From NCBI GenBank assembly GCA_001941075.1, contig MSHH01000006.1, forward strand, positions 20,062 through 84,061: 64,000 bases of DNA, in the 5' to 3' direction. Made by a program: the position numbers and the translations under genes. This document shows, one piece after another, positions 42,413 through 53,494 of this stretch (position 1 is its first letter; each line of letters opens with the position of its first letter). Below the pieces are notes generated by a model, which saw only the letters and a program-made list of their open reading frames with translations, did not search any database and had not been told where the DNA came from. This stretch comes from Oscillospiraceae bacterium Zagget6 (GTDB lineage: Bacteria > Bacillota > Clostridia > Oscillospirales > Oscillospiraceae).

Positions 42413-43726
42413 ATGGACACCGAACTTGACACCACAAAGGCCCTGCTCCGGTTCATCGAGCAAAGCCCCACGGCCTACCACGCCGTCCGCAGCCTGAAAA
42501 GCCTGCTGACCAGCTACACCCCCCTGAACGAGGCCAAGCCCTGGGACCTCCAGCCCGGCGGACGATACTACGTCACCCGCAACGGCTCCTCTCTGCTGGC
42601 GTTCCGTATGCCGGTGAAGCCCATCCGGGGGTTCCAAATGGCCGCCGCCCACAGCGACTGCCCCGTGTTCAAAATCAAGGCCAACGGGGAGATGGTGGTG
42701 GAAAACCACTACGTCAAGCTCAACGTGGAGAAGTACGGCGGGATGTTGTGCGCGCCCTGGCTGGACCGGCCCCTGTCCATCGCGGGGCGGGTGGTGGTCC
42801 GGGAGGGCGACGCCCTGGTGTCCCGGCTGGTGGACCTGAAGCGGGATGTGGCCCTCATCCCCAACCTGGCCATTCACATGAACCGTGGGGTCAACGAGGG
42901 GACCTCCTACAACGCCCAGGTGGACATGCTGCCCCTGTTCGGCGGCAAGGACGCCGCCGGGACGCTGCTGCCGCTGGTGGCGGCCTCCGCCGGGGCGGAG
43001 CCGGAGGATATTTTAGGCACCGACCTGTTCCTCTACAACCGGATGCCGGGGACCATCTGGGGCGCGGAGAACGAGTTCGTCTCCACCCGCTCCTTGGACG
43101 ACCTGCAATGCGCCTGGGCGCTGATCCAGGGCTTTTTGCAGGCGGAGGACCAGGAGGACCGGGTCACCCTCTGCGCCGTCTTTGACAACGAGGAGGTGGG
43201 CAGCGGCACCAAGCAGGGGGCGCTCTCCACCCTGCTGGAGGACACCATCGGGCGCATTTGGGAATCTACCGGGCGAAGCGGCAGCGCCCTCCGGCAGGTG
43301 CTGACCAACAGCTTTCTCGTCAGCGCGGACAACGGCCACGCCGTCCACCCCAACCACACGGAGAAGGCCGACCCCACCAACCGGCCCTATCTCAACGAGG
43401 GCGTGGTCATCAAGTACAACGCCAACCAGAAATACACCACCGACGGGGTCTCCGAGGCGGTGTTCAAAACCATCTGCGACCGGGCGGGGGTGCCCTGGCA
43501 GACCTACTGCAACCGCTCGGACATCCCCGGCGGCTCCACCCTGGGCAACCTGGCAAACCAGCATGTCTCTTTGAACACCGTGGACATCGGCTTGGCCCAG
43601 CTCGCCATGCACTCCCCCTATGAGACCGGCGGCGTCCGGGACACCGGGTACCTGGTGCGGGCCATGCAAGCCTATTTCTCCGCCGCGGTGGAGGCCCAGG
43701 CGGACGGGGTGTATTTGGTGAAGTGA
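42413..43726 (+). CDS. apeB: M18 family aminopeptidase
   Basis: AHSD, LDD, DNEEVGS, AHAVHPN-like, GGSTLG, LAMHS. Confidence 0.88.
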   Translation: MDTELDTTKALLRFIEQSPTAYHAVRSLKSLLTSYTPLNEAKPWDLQPGGRYYVTRNGSSLLAFRMPVKPIRGFQMAAAHSDCPVFKIKANGEMVVENHYVKLNVEKYGGMLCAPWLDRPLSIAGRVVVREGDALVSRLVDLKRDVALIPNLAIHMNRGVNEGTSYNAQVDMLPLFGGKDAAGTLLPLVAASAGAEPEDILGTDLFLYNRMPGTIWGAENEFVSTRSLDDLQCAWALIQGFLQAEDQEDRVTLCAVFDNEEVGSGTKQGALSTLLEDTIGRIWESTGRSGSALRQVLTNSFLVSADNGHAVHPNHTEKADPTNRPYLNEGVVIKYNANQKYTTDGVSEAVFKTICDRAGVPWQTYCNRSDIPGGSTLGNLANQHVSLNTVDIGLAQLAMHSPYETGGVRDTGYLVRAMQAYFSAAVEAQADGVYLVK

Positions 43727-43741
43727 TAGGTGACGGTGTGT

Positions 43742-43804
43742 AACCCCTCCGTCACGGCTTGCGCCGTGCCACCTCCCCTTTCAGGGGAGGCAAGAGGGGT
43801 GGTC
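43742..43804. repeat. REP-like palindromic element (inverted relative to the 44401 copy)
   Basis: cccctttcaggggaggcaagaggggtggtc is the near reverse complement of 44401-44430. Confidence 0.8.
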
Positions 43805-43899
43805 AGATGAGATATGGCTGTTCTTTGTGGAAAACGTATACTATGTTGGCAAAATTGCTGGTCAAATATCAACTGTTATCTTTTAGGAGGGCATAAGTG

Positions 43900-44277
43900 A
43901 TGGCTTTGACGCAAGCGGACAAAGAGTTCCTCCAAAGAACACCGGACATCATTGAGAAACAATATGAATATACAGACCTGACGGGGGAGAACTGGCCTAC
44001 CTACAACTATGCGTTGGGTTATGAAAACATGGAAGCGTGGTATAACGCCCTCACTCAGGCCATCGAAGAGGCCAAAAAGGAACTGGAAAAGGAACCTGTG
44101 ACATTCTCCTATGAGGAAATATGCCAGAAAATCGGATTTGACCCACTGAAAGACCCATATCCCATCCCATTCAATGGACACGAGGACGATTCTCATGAAA
44201 GTGTTTTTGCAGCGTTATCGCCGGATGAGCTGACTTTCCTCATTGAGTATTACAAGCAACACAAAAAGTACGATTAA
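43900..44277 (+). CDS. Hypothetical protein, AT-rich
   Basis: RBS aggagg; 125-aa ORF with visibly AT-richer codons than neighbours. Confidence 0.7.
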   Translation: MALTQADKEFLQRTPDIIEKQYEYTDLTGENWPTYNYALGYENMEAWYNALTQAIEEAKKELEKEPVTFSYEEICQKIGFDPLKDPYPIPFNGHEDDSHESVFAALSPDELTFLIEYYKQHKKYD

Positions 44278-44400
44278 ACCCGCCGAGAATCACCAGCGGA
44301 TTTTTGCAAAAAACAGCGGCAGACAGAGAAACCCCTGTCTGCCGCATGACTTTACTTACTATATAGTACGTTTTCTGCAAAGATATGCCGTGCCGTAACA

Positions 44401-44505
44401 GACCACCCCTCTTGCCGCCCCTGAAAGGGCAGGGAGGGGCGAAGCCCCGGAAGTGCCGCTTGACGGCGGAGGAGGGCCGCCGCCTTTAGCGGTGGCGGAG
44501 GGGTT
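44401..44505. repeat. REP-like palindromic element with internal extension
   Basis: gaccacccctcttgccgcccctgaaaggg...ggcggaggggttt. Confidence 0.75.
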
Positions 44506-44507
44506 TT

Positions 44508-46196
<1,689 letters not shown>

Positions 46197-46403
46197 GGGG
46201 ATCACTCCTCGGTTTCTTTAGTGACAAATAGGGGAGGACGGCAGCGGGCAGGGAGAACCCGCCTGCGCTGTCCGCCAATTCGATGCTTTTATTATATCCC
46301 GGCTGTTCCAAAAAGCAAGTATATGTCCCAAAAGTTGTGAAACATGGGGGGATAATCGGTTGTTCCCGGTTGAAAATTGTGAAATACGGCGAAACGCTTT
46401 GCG

Positions 46404-46907
46404 TTATGCAGTCACCTTCAACAGATCCTGTCCCGGCTCCACGGTCCCGGAGGCCACCAGCTCCACACCGGCCAACTCCCCGCTGTTGGTGACGGCGGTG
46501 ATGACCACGGCGGAGTGCCCGGCGGCCTTGATCTTATCCAAGTCCATGGTCAGCAGCAGCTGGCCTTTTTTGACCTTGTCGCCTTCCCGGACGCTGGCGG
46601 CGAAGCCGTCGCCGTTCATGTCGTAGGTGTCCACGCCCACGTGGATGAGCAAATCGACCCCGGCGGTGGTGGTCATGCTGATGGCGTGGAAGGAGGAGTG
46701 GAGCTGGGTGATGGTGGCGTCGGCGGGGGCGTAGACCTTGCCCTCGGTGGGGTCGATGCCGCAGCACTGGCCCATGGCACCGCCGGAGAAGGCCGGATCG
46801 GGCACGGCGTCCATGTCCATCGCCACGCCCTTGGCGTCAGCGGCCAGTACGCAGGACAGGGCGGAGGCTTTGTTATCCTGTTTCTTAAAGAGGTCAAAGA
46901 ATCCCAT
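46404..46907 (-). CDS. crr: Stand-alone PTS EIIA (glucose family)
   Basis: VPDPAFS, HA, LLIHVGVDT. Confidence 0.82.
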   Translation of the reverse strand: MGFFDLFKKQDNKASALSCVLAADAKGVAMDMDAVPDPAFSGGAMGQCCGIDPTEGKVYAPADATITQLHSSFHAISMTTTAGVDLLIHVGVDTYDMNGDGFAASVREGDKVKKGQLLLTMDLDKIKAAGHSAVVITAVTNSGELAGVELVASGTVEPGQDLLKVTA

Positions 46908-47278
46908 AATAAATCGCTCCTTATAAAGAGATACTAACTCTATTTTACCTGAGAATCCCGCCAATGTCTATCTTTTTTTGAGGCAGGCGGCAAAAATCCT
47001 CCCGCAAATAGCTGCCAGACAACGACGACAGGCAATCTATGCTGACAAATGCCCTTCCGCCGCCGTCAAATTTCAGTATTTTTCCCTTGTCAAGCAGAGG
47101 GAGATGAACTATAATAAACTATGTTTGTACCTATTACGAAGTTTTGCAATGAGCAGTGGATGATTTTTCGACCTCAGGTGCATAACCGGAGAACATTCGA
47201 TAAACCCTCGCCGCAAGGCGAAGGAGAGAGACAGATTTCCACTATAATTGCACATTGAACGACTGGAGGCCGGTTTTT

Positions 47279-48658
47279 ATGACCGTAAACGAACTGAAAG
47301 CCCTGCTCACCCCTGGGCGGCGTGTCCATCTGGTGGGCATCGGCGGCGTGTCCATGTTCCCTCTCGCCCAGGTGCTGCGGGGCAACGGCGTCGTCATCAC
47401 CGGCAGCGACGCCAGAGAGAGCGCCAACGTCCGCAAGCTCAAGGCGGAGGGCGTGACTGTTTACATGGGCCACCACCCGGAGAACGTGGAGAACGCCGAG
47501 GTGGTCATCCGCACCGCCGCTGTCCACGACGACAACCCGGAGATCGCCGCCGCCAGAGCCAGGGGTATCCCCGTCTTTGAGCGCTCCCAGGGCTGGGGCG
47601 CGCTGATGCAGGACTACAAGCACGCCCTCTGCGTCTCCGGCACCCACGGCAAGACCACCACCACCTCCATGTGTACCCATATCCTGATGGCGGCGGGGAT
47701 GGACCCCACCGTAATGATCGGCGGCAACCTGCCCCTGCTGGGTAGCGGCTACCGGGTAGGGGAGGGGGACACCATCATTCTGGAGAGCTGCGAATACTGT
47801 AACTCCTTCCTGTCCTTCCGGCCCACTATCGCGGTGATTTTGGACATTGAGGCCGACCACCTGGACTTTTTCAAGGACCTGACCGACATCGAGCACTCCT
47901 TCCGCAATTTTGCCAACCTGGTGCCGGAGGACGGCGTGGTCATCGCCAACGCCGACGACCGCAACACCATGGACACCCTGGACGGGCTGAACCGCTCCAT
48001 CCTGACCTTCGGCCTGGGCAGCTATGCGGACGTCTATTGCGATGCACTCTCCTGGAACCGGGGTGTAGCCAGCTTCGACCTGATGCAGAACGGCAAAAAG
48101 GCGGGGCGGGTGGAGCTGAGTGTTCCCGGTCTGCACAACCTGAAAAACGCCCTGGCCGCCGCCGCTGCCGCCCTTGCCATGGGGGTGCCGCCCACCGCCA
48201 TCTCCCAGGGGCTGAACCAGTATCGCGGGGCGGAGCGCCGCTTTGAGTACAAGGGCGAATACCACGGGGCCAAAATCTACGACGACTACGCCCACCACCC
48301 CGGCGAGCTGCATATGCTGCTGGAGACCGCCAAGACCCTGGGCTACGACAGGGTGATTTGCGTTTTCCAGCCCCATACCTACACCCGTACCAAGGCGTTT
48401 TTCCCGGACTTCGTCCAGGAACTGAGCAACGCGGACATCACTCTGCTGACGGAGGTCTACGCCGCACGGGAGACCGACACCCTGGGCATTTCCTCCAAAG
48501 ACCTGGCCAGCAAGATCCCCCACGGGGAATATTGCCCCACCTTCGACGACGTAGAGCGGCGGCTCAGGGAGCTGGCCCAGCCCGGAGACCTGATTTTGAC
48601 TGTGGGCGCAGGGGACATCTACCAGGTCGCGGAGCGGCTGGCCGCGTCCCAGGACTGA
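47279..48658 (+). CDS. murC: UDP-N-acetylmuramate--L-alanine ligase
   Basis: GIGGVSM, GTHGKTTT, DHLD, DDYAHHP, FQPH. Confidence 0.95.
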   Translation: MTVNELKALLTPGRRVHLVGIGGVSMFPLAQVLRGNGVVITGSDARESANVRKLKAEGVTVYMGHHPENVENAEVVIRTAAVHDDNPEIAAARARGIPVFERSQGWGALMQDYKHALCVSGTHGKTTTTSMCTHILMAAGMDPTVMIGGNLPLLGSGYRVGEGDTIILESCEYCNSFLSFRPTIAVILDIEADHLDFFKDLTDIEHSFRNFANLVPEDGVVIANADDRNTMDTLDGLNRSILTFGLGSYADVYCDALSWNRGVASFDLMQNGKKAGRVELSVPGLHNLKNALAAAAAALAMGVPPTAISQGLNQYRGAERRFEYKGEYHGAKIYDDYAHHPGELHMLLETAKTLGYDRVICVFQPHTYTRTKAFFPDFVQELSNADITLLTEVYAARETDTLGISSKDLASKIPHGEYCPTFDDVERRLRELAQPGDLILTVGAGDIYQVAERLAASQD

Positions 48659-48704
48659 GGTCAGACCGGGCCAGAAAAAAAGTTGTTTTGGGCGAAAAAA
48701 ACGC

Positions 48705-48733
48705 TTGACAACCACCCCTCTCATGAGTATAAT
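48705..48733 (+). promoter_or_regulatory. Consensus sigma-A promoter of tRNA-Gln
   Basis: TTGACA - 17 bp - TATAAT. Confidence 0.85.
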
Positions 48734-48776
48734 AGCATTTGTTGATGAGCTGAGCGGTCAGCAGTCAACAAGCTCT

Positions 48777-48850
48777 AGCGGGATTGTGTAAGGGTAGCAC
48801 AGCAGACTCTGACTCTGTATGTGAGGGTTCGAATCCTTCTCCCGCTGCCA
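48777..48850 (+). tRNA. tRNA-Gln (anticodon CTG)
   Basis: Acceptor AGCGGGA/TCCCGCT, G73, CCA; anticodon arm GCAGA-CTCTGAC-TCTGT; GGTTCGAATCC. Confidence 0.95.
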
Positions 48851-48853
48851 TGT

Positions 48854-48894
48854 AAAACCCCGGTTTGAAGTTGCTTCAAACCGGGTTTTCTTTT
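48854..48894 (+). terminator. Intrinsic terminator after tRNA-Gln
   Basis: ccggtttgaag-ttg-cttcaaaccgg followed by T-rich tail. Confidence 0.85.
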
Positions 48895-49121
48895 GCTTTT
48901 TGCGTGATTTGAACGTTGAAAAGTTGAGGAAACCGGTTCGGTTCGATTTAGAAATAATTTTGATTGATGCCAGAATACGCCAGCCCATGCAAGTATTGTG
49001 GCACAAGAAGTGGCACAAGAGGAAAAGCCCGAAAAAATTCAGCGAACTTTTTCGGGCTTTCTCTTAGAATCCGGCCAGTGTCTTTATTTTTTCACCAGCA
49101 TCCTGCACCACATCTCTGTGG

Positions 49122-49240
49122 ACGATTCCAACAAAACTCATTCAGGTAATCTGAAAGGTTCTGCTTCAGCAATCCGTGATAAGTACCGAGGATGAGCGCC
49201 TTTCCGTTGCCGATCACAACAACGAAGCCAATTCCCTTTT
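49122..49240 (-). mobile_element. IS1595-family transposase C-terminal relic
   Basis: Minus strand reads VIGNGKALILGTYHGLLKQNLSDYLNEFCWNR, resembling the IS1595 N..K..I.GTYH...L..YL.EF motif; no start or full ORF. Confidence 0.72.
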
Positions 49241-49287
49241 CTGCAAGCGCCTCCTGTGAAATCGTATCCACGGATGGAACCGGAGGG

Positions 49288-50349
49288 TCACTCCATACTG
49301 ATGTCTTTGAGCAGTTCGTTTTCTACCACTTGGGTACGCTCTCCCTCGATACAGTAGACCCGGTGCAGAAAGACGTTCATGTGCTCCCCCAGGCGAATCT
49401 CCCGGCGTTCCAGAGAGCGGTTGGTCAGCAGCGTGATACCATGGACCTTCAGGCGTACCTCCAGAGAGCTGCCCCGGAAGCTGATACCGGTGACCACGCC
49501 ATCCTCCGCCCGGTCCGCGTAGGGCTGCATTTGCAGATTGTCCGTTTTGAAGGCGTCCACGAACTCCGGGCGAATGAGAATTTTCTGTCCTTTCGGCAGC
49601 TTCTCGAAGCCACGGAACCCGGGCAGCCCCTCCACCACACTGGAATTGCCTGCGAACTGAGCTACGAAGGGGGTTTGGGGGTGCAGGTAAATTTCCGTCG
49701 GCGTCCCCATCTGCTCAATGTGGCCCTCGTTGAGGATGATGATGTCGTCGGCCACCTCCAGCGCCTCCTCTTGGTCGTGGGTGACGAAAATGCTGGTGAT
49801 GCCCACCTGGACGATCATATCCCGGAGCCAGACCCGCAGCTCCTTGCGCACCTTGGCGTCGATGGCGGCAAACGGCTCGTCCAGCAGCAGCAGGCTGGGA
49901 CCGGGGGCGATAGCCCTTGCGAAGGCCACCCGCTGTCGCTGACCGCCGGAGAGCTGGTTGGGATAGCGCTTCTCCAGTCCCACTAGGCCGATGAGTTGAA
50001 TCAGCTCCGTGACCCGTGCGCGGATCTCTGCCTTGCTCTTTTTCTGTACCTTCAAGCCAAAGGCGATGTTGTCATAGACGTTCATATAGCGGAACAGGGC
50101 GTAGTTTTGGAACACAAATCCGATACCCCGCTCTCCGGCGGGGACATCGTTGACGTTTTTCCCGTTGATGAGGATGTCGCCGCTGTCCTGCTGTTCCAGT
50201 CCGGCGATCATGCGGAGGATGGTGGTCTTGCCGCTTCCGCTGGGACCCAGCAGCGCCGCCATTTTGCCCTGCTCCACGCCAAAGGTGATGTCTTTGGCCG
50301 CCTCGTAGTCGTCGAACCGCTTGCAAAGCTGTCTTGTCTCAATGAACAT
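49288..50349 (-). CDS. cysA: Sulfate ABC transporter ATP-binding protein
   Basis: GPSGSGKT, LSGGQRQR, DEPF; operon context. Confidence 0.9.
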   Translation of the reverse strand: MFIETRQLCKRFDDYEAAKDITFGVEQGKMAALLGPSGSGKTTILRMIAGLEQQDSGDILINGKNVNDVPAGERGIGFVFQNYALFRYMNVYDNIAFGLKVQKKSKAEIRARVTELIQLIGLVGLEKRYPNQLSGGQRQRVAFARAIAPGPSLLLLDEPFAAIDAKVRKELRVWLRDMIVQVGITSIFVTHDQEEALEVADDIIILNEGHIEQMGTPTEIYLHPQTPFVAQFAGNSSVVEGLPGFRGFEKLPKGQKILIRPEFVDAFKTDNLQMQPYADRAEDGVVTGISFRGSSLEVRLKVHGITLLTNRSLERREIRLGEHMNVFLHRVYCIEGERTQVVENELLKDISME

Positions 50350-50365
50350 TTACAATCCCTCCGTT

Positions 50366-50518
50366 TTAGCTCTTGGCTTTTAGCTTTTAGCTCTTAGCTT
50401 GGCAGTGCTTGACGTTTTGCGCTGCGCTCTGGGTTTGCCGCACAACGCCCCCTTTTAAGCTGCAAGTTGTTCGTCAGCAGTACCTGACTAACAGCTAATG
50501 GCTAACAGCTAATAGCTC
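50366..50518. repeat. Heptamer-armed inverted-repeat (MITE-like) element, copy 3
   Basis: ttagctc ttggctt ttagctt ttagctc ttagctt ... ctaacag ctaatgg ctaacag ctaatag ctc; contains the cysW stop codon. Confidence 0.78.
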
Positions 50519-51357
50519 TTTTTCGCCCGCCATTCGGCGATATTCTTCAAAATCAGCATGACCAGCGCCAGCAGCACCAGAAGGGAGGACACTGCAAATG
50601 CCTGGGTGATGGCCTCCGCGCCGCCGGACATATAGAGGGCGTCCACCTCCAGCGGCAGGGTGAAGGTCTCGCCCCTGGCCTTGGAGACGGCGTAGACCGC
50701 GCCAAACTCCCCGAAGGCCCGCGCCGCGCACAGCACCATTCCGTAAATGAGCGGCCATTTGATGTGGGGCAGCGTCACCCGGCGGAAGATGGTAAAGCCT
50801 CCCGCACCCAGCAGGGCGGCGGCTTCCTCCTCGGCGCAGCCCTGGAGGTTCATGGCGGGCAGTAGCTCCCGCAGCACATAGGGGAAGGTGACGAAAATCG
50901 TCGCCAGCACCACACCGGGGATGGAGAACACCAGGGCGATGTCCGTGCCAAAGGTGTCGTTGAACCAGTTGACCACCGGGGTCGCCAGACCACTGCGGCC
51001 AAACATCATAATGAAAGCCAGACCCGCGATGACCGGCGAGATGGAAAACGGGATGTCAATTAAGGTCGTCAACACGCTTTTGCCCCGAAACTCAAACTTG
51101 GTCAGCAGCCAGGAGGCCGCCAGCGCGAAAAATGTATCCACCAGCAGGGCGATGACAGCCGCCAGCAGCGTGACCCGCAGGGCAGAGAGGGTGGTTTTTG
51201 CCGTGACCGCGCTCCAGTACAGCGCCCAGCCGCCCTTCAGCGCCCGGTAGAGGACCTCCACCAGGGGCCAGACCAGCATCACCGCAAAGAACAGCACCCC
51301 TATCACGATGAGCGCGATTTGTCCCGCCGACAGGCGGGCTTTTTTCGTTTGCTTCAT
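50509..51357 (-). CDS. cysW: Sulfate ABC transporter permease CysW
   Basis: DIPFSISPVIAG, EEAAALLGA, ARAFGEFGAV. Confidence 0.9.
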   Translation of the reverse strand: MKQTKKARLSAGQIALIVIGVLFFAVMLVWPLVEVLYRALKGGWALYWSAVTAKTTLSALRVTLLAAVIALLVDTFFALAASWLLTKFEFRGKSVLTTLIDIPFSISPVIAGLAFIMMFGRSGLATPVVNWFNDTFGTDIALVFSIPGVVLATIFVTFPYVLRELLPAMNLQGCAEEEAAALLGAGGFTIFRRVTLPHIKWPLIYGMVLCAARAFGEFGAVYAVSKARGETFTLPLEVDALYMSGGAEAITQAFAVSSLLVLLALVMLILKNIAEWRAKKSY

Positions 51358-51369
51358 TGCGTCCTCCTC

Positions 51370-52203
51370 TCACCGGGTCCGCCGGGCGGCGAACCACTGC
51401 ACCAGATTCAGCAGGAACATCAGCAGGAAGGAAATTGCCAACAACACCAGGGCGATGGCCGCCGCGCCAACGTAATCGGCGCTGCCCGAATTGAGCTTCT
51501 GCATGATGACGTAGGACACCACCTGGGTGCTGTTTTTGCTGCTGTTGCCGGAGATGTAAATGACGCTGCCGTACTCGCCGATGCCTCGCGCCAGGGCCAG
51601 CCCGAAGCCGGTCAGCAGGGCCGGGGTCAGCTCCGGCAGGATGACATGGCGGAAGGTGAACCCCCGCGACGCCCCCAGCATCAACGCCGCCTCCTCGCAG
51701 GAGGGCGGCAGCTTGCGCAGCACCGGCTGAATGGAGCGCACCACAAAGGGGATGCCCACGAATACCAGGGCGATGACCAGCCCCACCCGGCTATAAGAGC
51801 CTTGGATACCGATGCGGCTCAGCGCCTGGCCCAGCACCCCCTGGTCGGAGTACATCTTCGCCAGCGTAATGCCTGCCACAGCGGTGGGCAGAGCGAAAGG
51901 CAGCTCGATCATGCCGTCGATGAGCCGCTTGCCGGGGAACTCGTAACGTTCCAGAATCCAGGCCAGAATCAGCCCGAACACACAGTTGATGGCCGCCGCG
52001 ATCAGGGCGCACAGGATGCTGGTCTGGAAAGCCCCCACCACGTTGCTCCGGGTGATGGTCTCCCAAAACTCCGCCGGGGTCAGCTCGAAGGAGCGGATCA
52101 GCACCGAGGCCAGCGGCAGCAGAATCAGCAGCGACAGCATGGTGACAGTGATGCCCAGGGTCAGGCCAAAGCCCGGAATCACTCTGTTTCGTTTCTGTTT
52201 CAT
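51370..52203 (-). CDS. cysT: Sulfate ABC transporter permease CysT
   Basis: VIPGFGL, LPFALPTAVAG, ARGIGEYGSV. Confidence 0.92.
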   Translation of the reverse strand: MKQKRNRVIPGFGLTLGITVTMLSLLILLPLASVLIRSFELTPAEFWETITRSNVVGAFQTSILCALIAAAINCVFGLILAWILERYEFPGKRLIDGMIELPFALPTAVAGITLAKMYSDQGVLGQALSRIGIQGSYSRVGLVIALVFVGIPFVVRSIQPVLRKLPPSCEEAALMLGASRGFTFRHVILPELTPALLTGFGLALARGIGEYGSVIYISGNSSKNSTQVVSYVIMQKLNSGSADYVGAAAIALVLLAISFLLMFLLNLVQWFAARRTR

Positions 52204-52214
52204 ACCGCGCTCCG

Positions 52215-53276
52215 TCAGCTGTTGTAAATCTCGTCAAAAATGGCGTCGTCCTGGAAGAATTTTTCATAGGCCGCGTCCCAGCCGCCGAAATCGTCGATGG
52301 TACATAGCACCACGTCCAGGTCAAACACGTTGGAGAACTCGCTCAGAATCTCCTGGTTGGTGGGCCGGTAGTAATATTCCCCGATGAGCCGCTGGGCCTC
52401 GTCGGTGTAGAGGTAGTCCAGATATTCCTGCGCCACATCCTCCGTGCCGTGCTTCGCCGCGTTCTCGTCCACAATGGCCACCGAAGGTTCCGCCAGAATG
52501 CTGACGCTGGGGGTGATAAGCTCATACTCGCCGGGGTAATCCGCCATGGTCTGGAGGGCCTCGTTCTCCCAGGCAATCAGCACATCCCCCTGGCCGTTCT
52601 CCACGAAGGTAGTGGTTGCGCCCCGTGCGCCGGAATCCATGACCAGCACGTTGGCGTAAAGTTCGCGCATAAACTCCTTCATTTGTTCCTCATCCGAGCC
52701 GTCCTGCTGCCAGACGTAGTACCAGGCGGCCAGGAAGTTCCAGCAGGCCCCGCCGGAGGACTTGGGGTCCGGGGTGATGATGTCCACGCCCTCCTGAATC
52801 AGGTCGTCCCAGTCCTGGATGTTCTTCTCGTTCCCGGCGCGCACCAAAAAGACGATGGTGGAGGTGTAGGGGGAGCTGTTGTTGTCGAACTCGTCCAGCC
52901 ATCCCTCGTCGATCATTCCCTCCTCCTCGATGAGGGTGATGTCGTGGGCCAGGGCCAGCGTCACCACGTCGGCCTCGTTGCCCTCGATGACGGAGCGGGC
53001 CTGGGAGCCGGAACCGCCGTGGGACTGGGTGATCTCCACCGCCACATCGTAAGTTTCCTCGTAGTAAGCAGCAAACAGCTCGTTATACGCCTCGTAGAAC
53101 TCCCGCGTGGGGTCATAGGACACGTTTAGCAGCTCGATGACGTTGCTTTCCTCCTCCGCTGAGGTTTCGCCGGAGGAGGAACCGCAGCCGGTCAGCAGTC
53201 CGGCCAGCAGGCAGACGCACAGGACCAGAGCGGTCAATTTGGTAAGGGATTTGGATTTCATCAGGTTGCAGCTCAT
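52215..53276 (-). CDS. sbp: Sulfate-binding lipoprotein
   Basis: Lipobox LTGC; LLNVSYDPTRE, SHGGSG, PKSSGGA, SGARGAT, WENEA. Confidence 0.93.
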   Translation of the reverse strand: MSCNLMKSKSLTKLTALVLCVCLLAGLLTGCGSSSGETSAEEESNVIELLNVSYDPTREFYEAYNELFAAYYEETYDVAVEITQSHGGSGSQARSVIEGNEADVVTLALAHDITLIEEEGMIDEGWLDEFDNNSSPYTSTIVFLVRAGNEKNIQDWDDLIQEGVDIITPDPKSSGGACWNFLAAWYYVWQQDGSDEEQMKEFMRELYANVLVMDSGARGATTTFVENGQGDVLIAWENEALQTMADYPGEYELITPSVSILAEPSVAIVDENAAKHGTEDVAQEYLDYLYTDEAQRLIGEYYYRPTNQEILSEFSNVFDLDVVLCTIDDFGGWDAAYEKFFQDDAIFDEIYNS

Positions 53277-53294
53277 AACAGTCTCCTTTTTAGT

Positions 53295-53425
53295 CAAACG
53301 TTTGCGTTTCGGAGTTGCCATTTATTTTTCCGAAACAGCCGAATATTTCCGAGTTTGACTGGTATGCTTTCCTCAATTTACACCGCGTCAGTTCCCTTGT
53401 CAACGGGAAATTACTCAAACGTTTG
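53295..53425. promoter_or_regulatory. Two CAAACGTTTG palindromes (LacI-type operators)
   Basis: TCAAACGTTTGC at 53294 and 53415, between sbp and the divergent LacI gene. Confidence 0.7.
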
Positions 53426-53494
53426 CTTTTGGCCTTGCAATTCGCTTTCCCTTCCGGTACAATGGGTTCAAACTACTCTGAGAGGTAACATGCT

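Noticed and set aside
46207-46400. Possible T-box upstream of glnS
   Set aside because: Only a GC hairpin; no UGGNACC T-box sequence or stem I motifs seen
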